Assembly: GCA_001179505.1 (NCBI GenBank)
Contig: CDMY01000312.1
Coordinates: forward strand, 62,317 to 126,316
Length of the DNA: 64,000 bases
Direction: 5' to 3'
From: Vitrella brassicaformis CCMP3155
Lineage: Eukaryota > Protista > Chromerida
Shown: in pieces, positions 12,958-26,761 of the stretch
How the letters are laid out: each line of letters opens with the position of its first letter
How positions within the stretch are numbered: position 1 is the first letter of the stretch
Position numbers and translations under genes: made by a program
Notes under the pieces: generated by a model
Databases searched by the model: none
Told to the model about the DNA's origin: nothing
Seen by the model: only the letters and a program-made list of their open reading frames with translations

Positions 12958-13403
12958 CCGTCCGTCCGTCCGTCCGTCTGTCTGTCTGTCTGTCTGTCCA
13001 AGCGTACCAGGTGCAGTGGTGTCCTCCCGATTCGCTCCCTGGCTTCGATGGCTGCCCCGAGGGTGATGAACAGATGTGCCAGATCAGCCGAGCCCGCCTT
13101 GGCAGCCAAGTGCAGACACGTCTTGAGCGTCTGACAGACACATATATACAACCGCACACAAACAAAACAATACATATCTTCCTCGGCAAACGTGATTGTC
13201 GCTTCCCATCCCCCTTTGCATGTTGTCAGACTGACTTGATCAGTGGCTTGCATGTAGGGTGCGGGATCCTCTCTCTCGAAGCACCGCTGCACAGCTTCAT
13301 ATTGGCAAGTGGTCACGGAGTGAAAGAAGTCGTTGAAGGCGTCGGGCGAGGGCGGACGGCCGCTGCCATGGGTAGAAGGGCGAGTGAACCGGTTGTCCAT
13401 CAT
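10109..13403 (-). CDS. ankyrin-repeat + long coiled-coil protein; probably the N-terminal half of the C2 gene
   Basis: ATG 13403. Ankyrin motifs TCLHLAAKAG, GRTPLHLACEYGH, GRTPFHLGC, RTGLYYAV, GRTPLHYACEEG, RKSPLQMA. About 10 further in-phase exons encode heptad-rich E/Q/K sequence. Confidence 0.85.
12918..12980. repeat. (GTCT/GTCC)n intronic microsatellite, representative of very frequent intronic (TG)n, (GA)n, (GGAT)n tracts
   Basis: Directly visible tandem tetranucleotides inside a predicted intron. Confidence 0.9.
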
Positions 13404-13762
13404 CTGACCAGTGACCACACAAGATACGAAGCGTTGTCAAGACATGTCAGTGGGCCTTTGTGTGCCTCTTGCCTTCGTCGCTTGTGTGTCAGAAGGTGGC
13501 GGCGCTGCGATGATGGGGGCCACGATGGGGGCCAGTCTGCATGCGACACCGTGACGGACTCGGAGGACGTGTGTCAGAAAGGAAAGCGCAAATCGAGCAT
13601 CTCTCCAAGGTGGTGAGAGTGCTGGCTCGTAAGGGCTCTTGCTTGCAGCGCTTTGCAATGATTCCAAGTGCCGCCACTCGTGACCTCGATTTTGCTCGCT
13701 GACGCGGTGGCTGATCCCTATCTCCCTATTGTCCGGCTAGGCGCGACGGGTCCAGCTATACC

Positions 13763-14676
13763 ATGCCACCCGTGGTGAAGCCCCAGCCGCCGAAGGTTGA
13801 ATCCAGCCAACACGATGGGTGGCAGGAGAGAATCGATGAACGGCTCTCTCGGCTGGAGCTCAAGGTGGACTTCACCATGGACGCCCTCATCAAGTCGTTC
13901 AAAGAGCATCTTTTTCGCCACGATTGCCACATGGCGGAGAACAAACACGCCACTGAGAGCCTGAAGGAAGCCATGATCAAGAAGGCCAAGGAGGTGCGGG
14001 CGGAGATTGCTGGCGTGAAAGAGGCGCTGGGTGGCGTCCAGTCTGTGCAGGAGAGGCATGCAAATCAGTTCAAGGGGGGCAAGAAGGTCCACGACGAGCT
14101 GAAAGCCGATGTCAGAGGGTTAAAGGCGCTCGTCGAGGAAGTCTCGTCAAGGCAGGCTGCAGAAGAGGATGCTCGGAGGAGAGACACTAGAAGGCCTTCT
14201 CCGCCTCCTGTGCCACCTCTCCCCATGTCCGCCATCGGGGAGCACACGACGCGAGAGAGAAAAGGGTCAGTCAAGCACCGACGCGGAGAGACACACTGGC
14301 ATTGTCCGATGGACGTCTGTGTCTCCCTTGTCTGTCAACCAGTTCCGAAGCGCCTCCCTTCCCGTCCCTGCCTCCCGTCTGCCCCTCCCTGGCCCGCACA
14401 CACCTGACGCAGAACCACTCATCCAATGTCAACACGTCGGCGCTAACAACATGGAGGGCTCTCACACCAAGGCCCGAGCGGGTGTCGGTGCTGCCAGCTC
14501 CGGCAGCCGTGAAGCATGGCGTTGATGCGGCGGGGAGAATCGTGATTGACGTGGTGGCAGCCCCGATGAGTGCCCGGGGGATAAACGAGGTGCAGAAAGC
14601 TCACGCATACTTAGCCCAAAGGTATCGCCGTGCGGTATCGGGCAGTGAGGCTGAGGGGGATTGTGTGTTCATGTGA
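13763..14676 (+). CDS. hypothetical coiled-coil protein (3' exon frame uncertain)
   Basis: ATG 13763; charged helical ORF (ERIDERLSRLELKVD...ELKADVRGLKALVEEV) with coding-like codon usage, then a Pro-rich segment. Confidence 0.55.
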
Positions 14677-15067
14677 GAGAGCTTATGTGCGTACGTATGT
14701 ATTTGACGATTCATTCGCTTGCAAAGCGAATAGAAGAAGGTGATGAATGCTTTCTGTCTTGTTGCTTCATTGCCTGCAGCGGGTGGAGCCTGTGACTGAT
14801 GCCTCGATAAGCTATACGCAGACACGACACTACCGAGTTGCATGTCTCATCGATTCGTTCATCTATCCATCGAGTCCGTAGCTAGTCCTGTCTGGCTTCC
14901 CTCTCATCGCCAGCCATGCTAGATGACTTCGTCATTCATATGTGTCTAGCATCCATCGGCCTCCTCTCACAAAGACATCTGGCAACGACCGGGTAATGGG
15001 GATTCCCTTCGATCGAGAAATGCCCCCCAGTGTTTTCGACACTCTTACATATGGCCTCTTCCTCCCC

Positions 15068-17409
15068 CTAGTCGCGTCGGAATATCAAGGTGAAGTGAGG
15101 GCAGAAGTCATGTGGCCCCATCCTGCCATATTTGTCTCGGTCGATGGCCACCAGCATCAACAGCGCGAAGTAGCTGATGGGCGATAGCCAGTTCATAACC
15201 AAGGCGCACACAAATCCCCACAGCCGCCTCCTCACCGCAGTGGGCTCCTTCTCGCTCGACAGTAAGGGCAGGTTCGTCACGCGAACTAGAAACTGAAGAC
15301 AGGGAGACAGAGGCCTTTGTCTGTGAGCCATCTGTTTTCTGCACCAGAAAGAGGCCGCACTCGAGAGTGGCCTCGATTGCGATGAGGACGAGCATGCCAC
15401 CGAGCCTCTCGGCTAACCGCTGGGCCGATGGGTGCAACACGTGGTCGAAGGCCAAATGTGAGAGGTTTGTGAAGACCAATGTCGTGAACTCGGCCAAAGT
15501 GTAGACGTGCACCTGCTGAGAGAAGGAGATAGACACATAGAGACACGACATAGACAACGCCGGTGTACGCGCCTTCTTCTTTGTTACGTCGCTGATGCAT
15601 CTGAGTATGCGTGGCGACGCGTGGTGGGCCACAAAAGTCGTCTGGACGTCCAGGAAGGTGCTCAGAGACCGCAGGGACGACCGGCTGAAGGCGGTGCGAA
15701 AGCGGTCCACAGACGTGAAGCTGATCATGGTCGACAGGCTGCTCGTCGGCCGGGCCAGGCGCCTCTCTCGCTTGTCTGCTGTCGCATCATTGCCTTTTGG
15801 CGTTGTAACCCCACGCGACTGCCGCTTGGGGGCGTCGATGCTGTCGAACTCGTTGCATTGGTCTGGTGGGCGCTTGCCTGTGTTGTCAGTGTGCCAGTAG
15901 GGTCCAATCGTCTGCATCAGTCGTCTGCGCGCAGCCATGCCCAGAATGGCACCTGACAGACACAAGGGCCGCCGCAATGTGTCGCTCTTTGTGTCGGTGC
16001 GCTCTTGGCCGCTAACTGAAAGGGATTGCCATGTCTGAGAGACACACATCGGCAGATTACAGTACTAATCATGGTCTCGTACATTCCCATTCAGTTTTCT
16101 CTTCACCTGTGAAGAAGTCGAAGAGGCCAAAGATGAGGGAGTTGAGCATCTGCACTTGCAGTGTGTCCATTTTGGCTTGCAGCATCCGGGGCAGCAACTA
16201 CGTGAACCAAATACGCACAGACGATGAACGAGGCAGCGAACGAGACGGGCAGCATGGCATGCATGCGAGACCAGGTAGGCGAGAGATACAAAGGAGAGGC
16301 CGGGGACAAAATGCAAAAGCGGCCCATCCTGCAATTTGTAAACAGAGAGAGACACCATGCGTTTGCTGGCTGGCTTCTTGCTCGCTCACTACTGACTTTC
16401 ACTGATCGTGCGGTGGCCGTCACGAGTGCCACAAGGGGCCAACCCGCCATGAGGGTCATCATCGCCACGCGGGTCCTCTCCCCGTCGGTTGTCGCAACTA
16501 TCGCCAGAGGCAGGAAGTTGACACTCCACACCAGTCCTACACTGCAGCAGATCGCCCAGATGAAGGTCATTTGGAGGGCGTACACCCGTTTCCGTCTCAC
16601 GGTCTTCATGTCCCTGCCACAGCTGCGGAAGAACAGGTAAGGGGTGATGAACAGGTAGAAGGGCACCGACGGGTACAGAAACACGGCGTGCTGCACCAGA
16701 GCCGACCATCCTGCGTGGTGGGCGATGCTGCATCCGAGAGAGGTATAGAAAATGGGCAGGAAGTACACCCAGGTCTTCCGGAACCGTCGCCACGACGCGC
16801 GCAGATCGCTCTCCACCATCATGGTGAGACACCCGATGTTGCCAAAGGTGATCAAAAGCCGCCGAATGACGTCCAGGATGGCCCACGGCACCGTCACAGC
16901 TCGGTCCTCACAGGCCCGCCAGTAGCCCACATACACGGCCGCCCCGACAGCACCAATCACGGCTGCGAAGCCCAGCTGCCGCAAGATAACACGGGCAGCC
17001 TCCTCATCGTGCGGGAGAAGGGCTCGGGGGTGAACCGGGCCACCAGCACCTCCACGTCCCCCCTCCGCTCATAGCATATCGTGGTCTCGAACTCCTGATA
17101 TGACGCGTGGGGGTAGCCGGCGGCCTCCCGAAACTCCGCCACCTGCGCGATGAGTGCCTTCTCCTCTGCCAACATTGCCCTCTGACGCCTGCCGGTCTGG
17201 TGCACCTCTTCGTCTCCCACGTCATCGCAGCTGATCTCTGCGCACTGCCCCACAGCCTCGATGGTGTACTGCTGCTGCTGGCCTCTGCTTTTGCTGCTCT
17301 TGCTCTCCTCTTGGGGCTGTGATTCTGCGGCTGTGACGACGTCGTTGGCCGGTGGCGATGACGGCGGCAGTTCCCCAATCTCCACCGCGACTTGCTTCTC
17401 CGTCGTCAT
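15068..17409 (-). CDS. hypothetical multi-pass membrane protein
   Basis: ATG 17409, hydrophilic N-terminus, then about 7-9 hydrophobic segments (e.g. LGFAAVIGAVGAAVYVGYW, VPFYLFITPYLFF, LWGFVCALVMNWLSPISYFALLMLVAI) over several exons; stop at 15068. Confidence 0.7.
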
Positions 17410-17551
17410 CGGAGGGAAGGGAGAAATTGAACGTTGGGCAAACGGTCGGGGTGCAAGCTCAGATCTCTTGAGCGTGATGAATGCCCTACAATGTCCGCCC
17501 GGCCCAGTGAATCTCACCTTGATCTGATCTGATCTCTCTGATCTTCCCTCC

Positions 17552-20355
17552 ATGAGTGCCGCGCTTGCTGCCCCTCCGCCTTTATCGCAGGAGCCGCCGA
17601 CAGCTCAGCAGCCCTTTGTATCGCTGCCTTCCCATCCCCCTCCCCAGCAAACTTCCGAGTCACCCAACAGCTTGCTGCTGCCGCGCTATCAGTGTGACGA
17701 TGAGATCTCCTCGACGCACGTGAGGTTTAAGGGTGCCGTGTCAGCCATCACTTGTACGAGCGCACGCACACAGGACACCGACATGTGCATGTGAGCGTAG
17801 CGGTCAAAGATCTTGTGCTTGCTGCGCTGCACGTGTGTGTGCAGGTACAGACCACTATGTGGTGACGGGCGACATGGCGGGAGTCATCTGCCTCTGGTGT
17901 GTGGTGTGAAGGGGAATGGACGCACTCTCACCTGCAAGCACAACACTCATCTCTCTCTCCTGTCTGCAGGCTGACCACGACTGTCTCATCTGATGGCGCC
18001 CTCCCTGCTGGCTCACTGGGGTCCTCCCCCATCCGCCCGTTCAAGCAGCTGCTCCCCCCTCACGCCTACCCCATCACACAACTGGCCGCCACGTCCGACC
18101 AGATGTACCTGGTGTCCCTCGACCAGTCGGGCCTCATGCGCACCACCGCGCTGCCGGCGCCGGATGAGGAGCAGCAGATGGACGATGGTGGTGGTGGCAA
18201 TGGCGAGAACGAGTGGGACAGGCCTCCGCCGCTGGCTGAGAGGGCGACTGAGGGGTTCTGCATGTGCATGGCCGATGACGACCGATCGGTGGTGATAAGG
18301 GAGGGAGGGCGGGAAATAGATAGACGTGGGTGTACTCCCTGCCTGATGCGCATACACTTGTCCGTCCGTGTGTGTACGTGACGTCATTGCGTCAGATCCT
18401 CGGCGGCTACCTGGGGGAGCTGACGGTGTATCCCATCGAGAAGGGCGACCAAAGGCTGAAGGTCTCCGGTGAGTGAGTGAATGGACGACAGACACAGGCC
18501 AGGCCGCCCCGCCACCAGCATCAACCAACAGTGGCGACGCGCTTGTGTGTGTTGTGTTGGCTGTGCCTGATGCATTTCGTCAGTCCCTCTGCGGACGGGC
18601 ATGATCACGTGTTTGTCCACAAGCTTCGAAAAGCGCAAGAGGCAGCAGGAAGTGGTCGCCAACACCAGGGTGAGGAAATGGACCCAAGCAATACGCACAA
18701 ACATCCCCATGAGCTCTCGTGTGTATGTCTGTGTGTCCTGCCCTGTCAGAGGTTCGAGTCAAGTGAGCAGACAGAAGACACTGCCAACCAACCGCACAGA
18801 GAGCCCAGCCAGCCCACTCACTGATGTATGTGCATTCTTCTCGTGTGTTCGGTCCAGTGGTCGCTTATGGCAGCGAAGAGGGCCTGGTGAGTGAGTTGAT
18901 CATGAAACGACGAAAGAGGCCAAAGAAAGAAGGCCGGCCACTTGTGTCTGCCTGCGTCCCGTCGAACAGATCGGCCTTCTGCGCCTCATGACGCACCGTG
19001 ACGGCACGCCATACCAGTACACCCCTCTATGCGACCCACAGAAACGTAAGTAAGAATGGCTCCTGCAACCAACCCACAACCCATGAATGGCGCTATCTGC
19101 CCGCCCACATGTGTGGCATCTGTGCAGCCTTCCATCATCCGATTCGTTCCGTATCGCTGTTTAAGGCCCATCCGGCGGCTGGGGGGGCCCGGCACATGCT
19201 GGCGGCGAGCGACAGCGAGTACGCTGTCTTCCGTCTCGACACGAGGAGGCCCGCACCGGGGGTGGCCGTCGCCGCTGCGTACGACATCAGGCAGGTAGGC
19301 AACTAACTTCCCGGACCAGACAGACACCCACACCCCGACGGATGCGTGTATGTGTCTGTGTATGTGTCTGTGTATGTATGTGTAGGTGTCTCTGACCAAT
19401 GTGTCTCACGGCTGGGTGACGCAGCTGCAAATCCACCCGACGCTGCCGGGCCTGGCATTCGTGACGGCGAGCACTGATGGCCTGGTGGGCTGGGAACCGC
19501 GGAGAGAGGGGGCAGTGAGTGAGCTCGTAGAGGCAGGCAGACACTTCGTGTGAGTGAGTGTGCAGGTGCGTGTGTGGCGTCGGCTGGACAACCGGTCGAG
19601 TCGATATGAGGGAGAGGTGCTCGGGAGGGGCAACAACGCAGCCTGGCATCCAACAGGTACCTACCGACACCACACGCTGCACTGTGGGCTCACTACCTGC
19701 CCACCCACCCACCTCTGTCGGGTATCTATCTTACCTTACCTGCAGGCATGTTCATCGCCGTGTCTGACGACGTGAGCGCGCCGCACGGCCCATACACACA
19801 TGCGGTCTCCCTGGTCAGACTGTATGGGCAGGACGGTAAGTGCGCCACACCACACACACACGCCCACCACACACCGTGTCGTGTTCTCGCTTCACGTACC
19901 TGCCTGTCTGGCTGTCTGTCCTGCCCGCATTCCATTCAGGTGTGAGCGCGACGTTTATCGACTCCCGTGCCGAGCAGGAGGCCAGGGAGCGGCAGCAGGC
20001 TGAGATGATGGCCGCGCAGCAGAGGGCTGAGGAGGAGGATCAGGAGGAGGGCGAGGATGTGGACCTCGACGAAGAGGGAGAGGGAGAGGGAGAGGGGGAG
20101 GCTGCTGAAGTGGAAGATCAGGAGAATGGCGAGATGGCGGGTGGTGATGAGGAGGGACACACACACATGCAGGCCGACAACGAAGGTGAGGGTGATGGTG
20201 GGGGTGAGGGTGGCGATGCAGAGGGCCTCTTCGACGACGAGCTGGAGGAGGGGGCGGGGGCGGGGGCGGCGATGGACAAAAAAGGCAAGGAGGGGTATCA
20301 TGATGACCACCATAGTCACGAGCAGTGGCAGGACGCACAGATGACGATGGACTGA
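17552..20355 (+). CDS. WD40-repeat protein, possibly Ipi3/WDR18-like, with acidic C-terminal tail
   Basis: WD-like strands VVTGDMAGVICLW, HAYPITQLAAT..LVSLDQ (cf. WDR18 HALPITDL..SLDQ), ILGGYLGELTVYP, FVTASTDGLV; E/D/G-rich last exon; TGA 20353-20355. Confidence 0.55.
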
Positions 20356-20838
20356 CTGACTGACTGGATCACGGCTAAGGGCGGGCGGAGTCGCAGTTGT
20401 TAGTGCTTCTGATGGTGCGTTAAAGGTACCGCGCGGTAGACACCGTACGTGTGTGCCAGTGACGTCCTGCTCGAGGGAGGCTCTAACAAGTGTGACCCCG
20501 CAAACGCCCTCTCTGCAATTGTTGCGTTGAATACTAGATGTGACGATGAGCGAATGGGGGTGGCCGGAGTGGTCCTCAGCAACTAATGGTGACAAATTTG
20601 ACACGAGAACCCAACGAAGCGAGTCAGTCAGTGGTCAGCATCACGGACATAGACATCACACTCATGCAGACTATACCACAAGGACACACACACACACACA
20701 CATCCATCCATCCATGTCGTCGGCTGGCTGACCCGCAGGCTGCGGCTAAGTCGATAGAAGAGCGCCTTGTCTGCTGACAGACCGGCGCGGCGAAAGTGTC
20801 TCAACAACCAAGGTATGCCCCTCCTCCTAACCACCCCG

Positions 20839-23575
20839 CTAAGCCGAGTGCCGGGACTGGCCGCCCCCACTCTGCCGCTGGTCTCTCTCATCGTCCGTAC
20901 GACTCTTACCATCCCTCGGTGGTCTGTTCCTCTTGGCCCCTCCCCGCTGCCCCCTCTCCCTTTGTGTCGCTCCTTCATGCTGGCTGCATGGCGAGGCCTT
21001 CCTCCTCCGACCATCGGCCGAACCATCTTCTCTTCCGGGCGGCTTCCTGTGTGGGGCGTTAAGGATGCGGCGCGACCGAATCGACGACAGCGGCCGACTC
21101 GCCTGGGGTGGGACCTGCTGCTGCTGGTGCTGGTGGCCGTCAGTATCGCTGAGACACACGCTTGCCGCCTCCTCCTGCTCGACGGGCGGCCGTGTGGTGC
21201 TGCTCGTCGCCACATACACCGCACGATGCTCTCCCTTGGCCCCACCGGCGCCCCTTCTCTCTGTGAGGCCTCGCGGGTCGGCCGTGCAGCCGCTGGTTGG
21301 GTGTGTGTGGGGGGGGAGGGAGACGGGAGGGGCTGGCCGATATACCGGGGGCGAGTGATGATGCGGCGGCATGGGGGGAGGCAGCAAAGGGGGAGGGGGC
21401 GGGGGTAGGGCATCACTCTCGGCATAGTGGGGGTCGAGGAAGCCTCCCATCCGCAGCGATGTGCCGAGAGCCGCACCCAGGGCCCCCGCATGGGCGATGG
21501 CCGAGGCCGAATCACAGTGCGATGGACGGCTGACCGGTGGGGGGACTGTGGCTGGGACGCATCGCATCGGCTGAGAAGCCATGCTCCAATCTCCACACAT
21601 GGATGGCCCGTCTTCCCACGCCGCAGAAGGGGCGAAGAACGCGCCATTGTCCTGGTGCACCCAGCCCTGCTGCAGCTGCACCGACCGCAGTCGTGTTGGT
21701 GGCGGCCCACAGAGAGGGGGCGGTGGTGGTGGTGGTGGGGGCGGCACTGGCTGCCGCATCGGGGGAGGCGATGGCCTTCTCCCCTTCTGCTGCCCTTCCC
21801 ACCTCCTCGGCCGTATCCTCGCACCCTGACGCGGCGCTGGGCCAGGTGCCTCTGTCTCCCTCTCACTGTGCAGCGACGCCGAGCGCACGAGCATGGGGAG
21901 GGCGGCCTGCTCTGTCGTGGACGGATTGGGGCACAGCAGCACGTCCACATTCGAGTTGACGGAGAGGGTGCGGTGCCAGTCGAGGTAGAGGTAGGGGCGA
22001 GAAGGGGGGGCGGTGGGTGGCGAGAGGGGCTGGATCTCGCACAGGACGCCCTCGTGGATGCGTGTGACGATACTGCAAAAGACAGGCAGGCAGGCAGGCA
22101 GGTTTGTGGTGAGTGAGTGAGCTGCCGTCCGTGGCATTCATTGATATTCCTGCCTTTGTCTCCCACCCTTTGGTGGCGCTTGCGCGATTCTTGAGGCTGA
22201 CATGCTTCTTGACGCTGTCGAGTGGCGGTGGAGGGTACAAACTGCACATACAAACGACAAAGCCGGTCATTGTTTGTACCATCCATCCAGGTGCCAAAAG
22301 ATGTACCTCTCGAGCAGCGTCCGCAGCTCCACGCTGACGCATTCGTCATCGCCTTCGCCATCCCCCTGCTGCTGCTCTGCCTGGCCGTGGTTGCCATCTG
22401 ATGTAGCCCCTAATGTCCCCGGCGGCAGCCGACTTGGCGGCAGCGGGAGACCTGCGGCACAGGCGGATCGAGAGAAATGGCTTCACCCCCATGGCCACAC
22501 TCAGTGTGCTCCTCACCTAGCCTTCGTGCCAGAAAGCAATACAGGCGATTCCTGCAAACACACACGCCAGGCAGCCCCTTCGCTGCTGACAACGCCCTCT
22601 TGTGTTTTGTCCTTTTGTTCACTCACCATAGGCGGAGGATAGCCTCTTCTCGTGGACTCAGAGACCCCATCAAAGCGGTGGTATCGCTGTCGCCCTCAGG
22701 GCTCGATGACGAAGCCGCACAAACTGGAAGCTGATCAGGGGACTCAGAAGAAGACGACTCACAAACACTCCCACAGTTTCTGAGTGGAATGAAGAGCCAA
22801 GAGCGCCATGTTTCGTGAATGTGTGCATTCCCAGTGTCTGTCGGCTTTACTTGATGAGTCCAGTGCTGCACGCAGGGCAGAATGCAATGGTGCCATGGCG
22901 CAGCGTCACGGGCTTCCACTTGCGCCGGCACAGCACGTTGCAGCACACACGGTACCCCCTCCCCCCACTCCCCCCACTCCCCCCTGGCCCCCTGCCCTCC
23001 CCAGCACAGTGATCACTGCTCGCGGCCTCTGCTGCTGGTGCTGGTGCTGCTGCTGCTGCTGCTGCTGCTTGGCTACACAGCCACCGGCGATATGTGGATG
23101 TGCCGCTCATGCGAGGAGGGGTGGAGGGCCCGCTGACGGCCTCCTCCTCCCCTGGCTGACGGTGGTTTCCCTGCTGCTCGCGTGGCTTCTTGCCGCGACA
23201 CGCCGGGCAGCGGTATGGCTTCCCAAATCGCACCAAATCGGCCACATCGAAGTCCCGATCGTCCTCAGGCGGGATGCAACGACATGCCGTGCACGCCAAG
23301 GTCTCCAGAAACACCAACCTCAGCCCGCCCTCCACACTGGCCACGATTGCAGGGTGGCCGCCCACGTCCAGCCGCAGGCCGGGCTGCAGCGGGAGGCTGA
23401 CGCCGCCACCTGTGCCCATCAGGCCGTTGCGGGCGGTGCCGTTGACGCTCACCTTTCCCTGGCGGCTGCTGCTGCTGCTGCAATGACGGCCGGACTCCTC
23501 TCGGCTGACCGGCGGATGGCACATGTTTGTGGAAGGCGCGTTGATGGCTGCTGGGTCGTCAGCTGATGGCTCCAT
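20839..23575 (-). CDS. hypothetical protein with two CxxC...CxxC clusters and long Pro/Arg-rich low-complexity C-terminus
   Basis: CTAC..(24)..CPAC and CCNVLC..CPAC. In-phase GT-AG junctions link 5-6 exons to the 432-aa ORF 20839-22137. Confidence 0.6.
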
Positions 23576-23987
23576 TAGGTTGCGGGGAGGGATGGGGAGG
23601 TATTGGGATGGCTGGGATGGGCATACACCATGATGGAACAACTCTCCTTCCTTCAGATGACGGCTGAACTGTTACACATGAGATGAAAGGATAAAAGCCA
23701 CAATTGATGCATGCCGTTGAAGGATGGATGGATGCCGAGGGAGAGAACTTGCTCGACCGCTCTTGATGCCTCGATTCGATGAGTATAGCTCTATCGCCGA
23801 TGCACTATGGACTCCACGACAGACGCCTCGCCATCACCATGTCACCAGTCGTCTCTTGGAAACCGTCTTGCGATGTGGCTGCCCTCCCTCCGGCTGCATT
23901 CCTCGCTGCATTCAACGCTGCGCATTCCTGATTGTTTACAGATCACCCCTGGAGCTCGCGCGGCAAAGATCTTGGCTCTTGACCGCC

Positions 23988-26761
23988 ATGACGCAGCAGC
24001 TGAGAATTCGATTCGAGCCTGACGGCGAAGATGCCCTGTCCATGAGCCGCCAGCAGGCCGACGGATTCGCGAGTCTATCCTGCCTGTTCGGCGAGGACGA
24101 CCCGAAGAACGTCGAACCCGAGGCCGAGAACCAGCCGCTGCACTTCGATGCGTCGGCCATCGGCGTCACAAAGCGAATCGCCAGGCTGGTGCTGCGCCCG
24201 GCGGCTCACATCGCCGCCGCCATCAACAAGTGAGCGTCGTCCCGTCCACGAGGCAGATCTAGGCATCCAATCCATCCAGTGGACAGACAGATGGGGCATC
24301 AGTGCTCATGGAATGGATGGATGGATGGATGGATGGATGGATGGCGGTCAGGTCCACGTTGGTCGAGTGCCTGCACGCCCTGGATGCGTTCGACTGCTCG
24401 TGTGTGGGTGAGGTGCTGAAGGAGGTGGAGGACAAGGCCCTCTGGGGCCACTGGTTTGCCGACGAGACCCTCTGCGCAGCCATGCTCGACAAGCTCGTGG
24501 ACGGACCCGCCATCTACCAGACCTTCCTAATGCTCCCAGGCATGAAGACCATGGTGGGTGTCAGAGAAGGGGATGGATGTGTGGCTCGGCGGAGGGCGGT
24601 GTGTGTGTCTGTGTGGATGTGTGTGTGTGTGCAGGTGGCCAAGCGCATCATCGACCGTCCCGACGTGGTGGCGCACTACATGCGGCGCGTCGAGCTGTAC
24701 CGCAACAAGGCCTACGAGCAGGCCGCCGAGTGCGTGTGGATCAAGAACGTCATGGCCACCACCCTCACCATGGCCGAGAAGGGCGAGATCGAACTCACCA
24801 AGGAAAAGCTCGAGAACTTCCTCGTCAAGGTGACAACACAGATGCGGAGAGAGAGGGGAACACACTCACACACACACACACACACGTGTGTGCACATCTG
24901 TAGACCTGGGTGTGTGGTGTGTGGTGTGGGTGTCAGTCGACAGATACGGCCACGGTGACCGAGGCGATGGAGAAGCTGTTCTGCTCGCGTGACATGCACC
25001 TCTGCACCACCGAGCTGATCGAGGACCCCTTCAAGAGCGGCACATCCACACACATCGGACAGATGGAAGTCCAGTGCGGCGGACAGGTCAGGACAGGATA
25101 GCAGCCCAGCCCCCCGACAGACACCCCACCACACACCCCACCCCATCACCAGAGAGAGAAGAACGCCACACTCTCCCTCATCGGCCCTCTCGTCTGGTGT
25201 GTATGCGTGTGATGTCTGTGCACTGCAGACGAAAATCACCCCAGGCAACCACTTCTTCTCACTGGTGAGTTGGTCGCTGCTCTCGGTTGGTAGTGAGTGG
25301 CCCAAGAAAGAATGCGTGTGTGTCTGTCTGCACAGGCGCATGGCGTGGAGGTGAATCAGGGGGAGAGCATGAAGTTGGCGGACATCGAGCGGTTCGAGCT
25401 GCTCCTCACACCCACCACCGACTATGGCCTGCAGACGGCATGCTTCAACGGTACACACACACCGCCACACAACACCACACACGCGTGTGAATCATGTACC
25501 TCTCTCTCTCTCTCTCTCTCTCCCTCTGTGTGTGTGTGTGTGTGTCCTTATGTTGTTGATATCAGGCCGGGCGGTGTACACCCTGGGTGGGACTGAGCTC
25601 GTGGCCGGCATACTGCCCGCAGGAAGGTGACTGAGCAGCCACAGCTGGCCAACACAAACACACCACCAGCACCAACAGCACCCCTCCCCGTGTGGTGTGC
25701 CCTGCCTGTCTGTGCACACACCAGCCTGTGTGTGTCGGTGGGATCGCACACCGAGGGAGTGTTCCAGGCGACCCGTTTCCAGAAGAAGGAACAGTACGTC
25801 GGCAGCGAGGCCACGCTGGCTGAGGTGGAGGTCGAGGTGACGGTGTACTTCTACCCCATGCGAACCTTCGCTCTGCACTACCTGCGGATGCTCATCGAAT
25901 CGGTGCAGAGGGTCACTCACGGTCTTGACGGTCCCTCCTCTGTGTGCGTCGTTCAGCGCTCGTTTGACGTGTTGGGTGAGGTCGTGCACTGGACGAGCAA
26001 GCGCAACTCCGCGCCTGTGAGCGAGTGCCTCTGCATGTTCATCGCATACGCCACCAAGGGTGGGTGGGACCCTCAAGCCACACACGCCACACGCACATAA
26101 TGGCCGCTTCTCATGCCCCTCTCCCCATATGTGTGTGTGGTGTGTGTGTGTGTGTGTGTATGCAGAACTGATATGCCCCATGGAGTTGCTCACCACGTGG
26201 TTCAGCCACTGGGAGGACGTACGCAGCAGACACACAGGCTACAAGTGAGAGTGTCTGTGTCGTGACTATGACGTGTCTGTATGTCTGCAGACGCTGAGTT
26301 CGTGGACGTCGACCAAGGCCGGCCGCCTCATCAGCGGCAGCGACCCCGCCGACATCCAGCCACACGCACTCCGCATCCCAACACTCGTCCAGGTCAGGTG
26401 CCCTCACTCCCCACCCACACACAGTCAGACATACGGAGAACGAACGCACCGGCCATCCCATCCACCCCTCCCTCTGTGTTGTGTGCAGTTGCTGAGCCCC
26501 ACCATCGACGGCAACATCAAGTCGGACCTCAAGGCCACCCTCCTCTCCCAGCCCGTCATCGACACCCTCTTCGACGCCTGGCTGGCCTCCAAGCCCGGCG
26601 AGGACGCCATGGACACCTCCAGCCACGCGCGGAGCACCAATGACAGCAACAAGCGCGCGCTGGACACCTCACAAGCGCCCTCGCCCATCAGCGACTCGCA
26701 CACCCCCAACACACCACCGCATGGCGGCGACAAGGATGCGAAGCGCCCGCGATTCCAATGA
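23988..26761 (+). CDS. hypothetical protein with BTB/Skp1-like N-terminus
   Basis: MTQQLRIRFEPDGEDALSMSRQQADGFASLSCLFG...LVECLHALDAFDC resembles a BTB/POZ core. About 9 exons with strong codon bias; TGA 26759-26761. Confidence 0.5.

Noticed and set aside
11342-13066. 574-aa plus-strand ORF
   Set aside because: Antisense shadow of the ankyrin gene; it runs through intronic microsatellites and shows no domain.
20628-22397. 589-aa minus-strand ORF
   Set aside because: Alternative frame over a GC-rich exon; the in-phase splice path supports the 20839-22137 frame instead.
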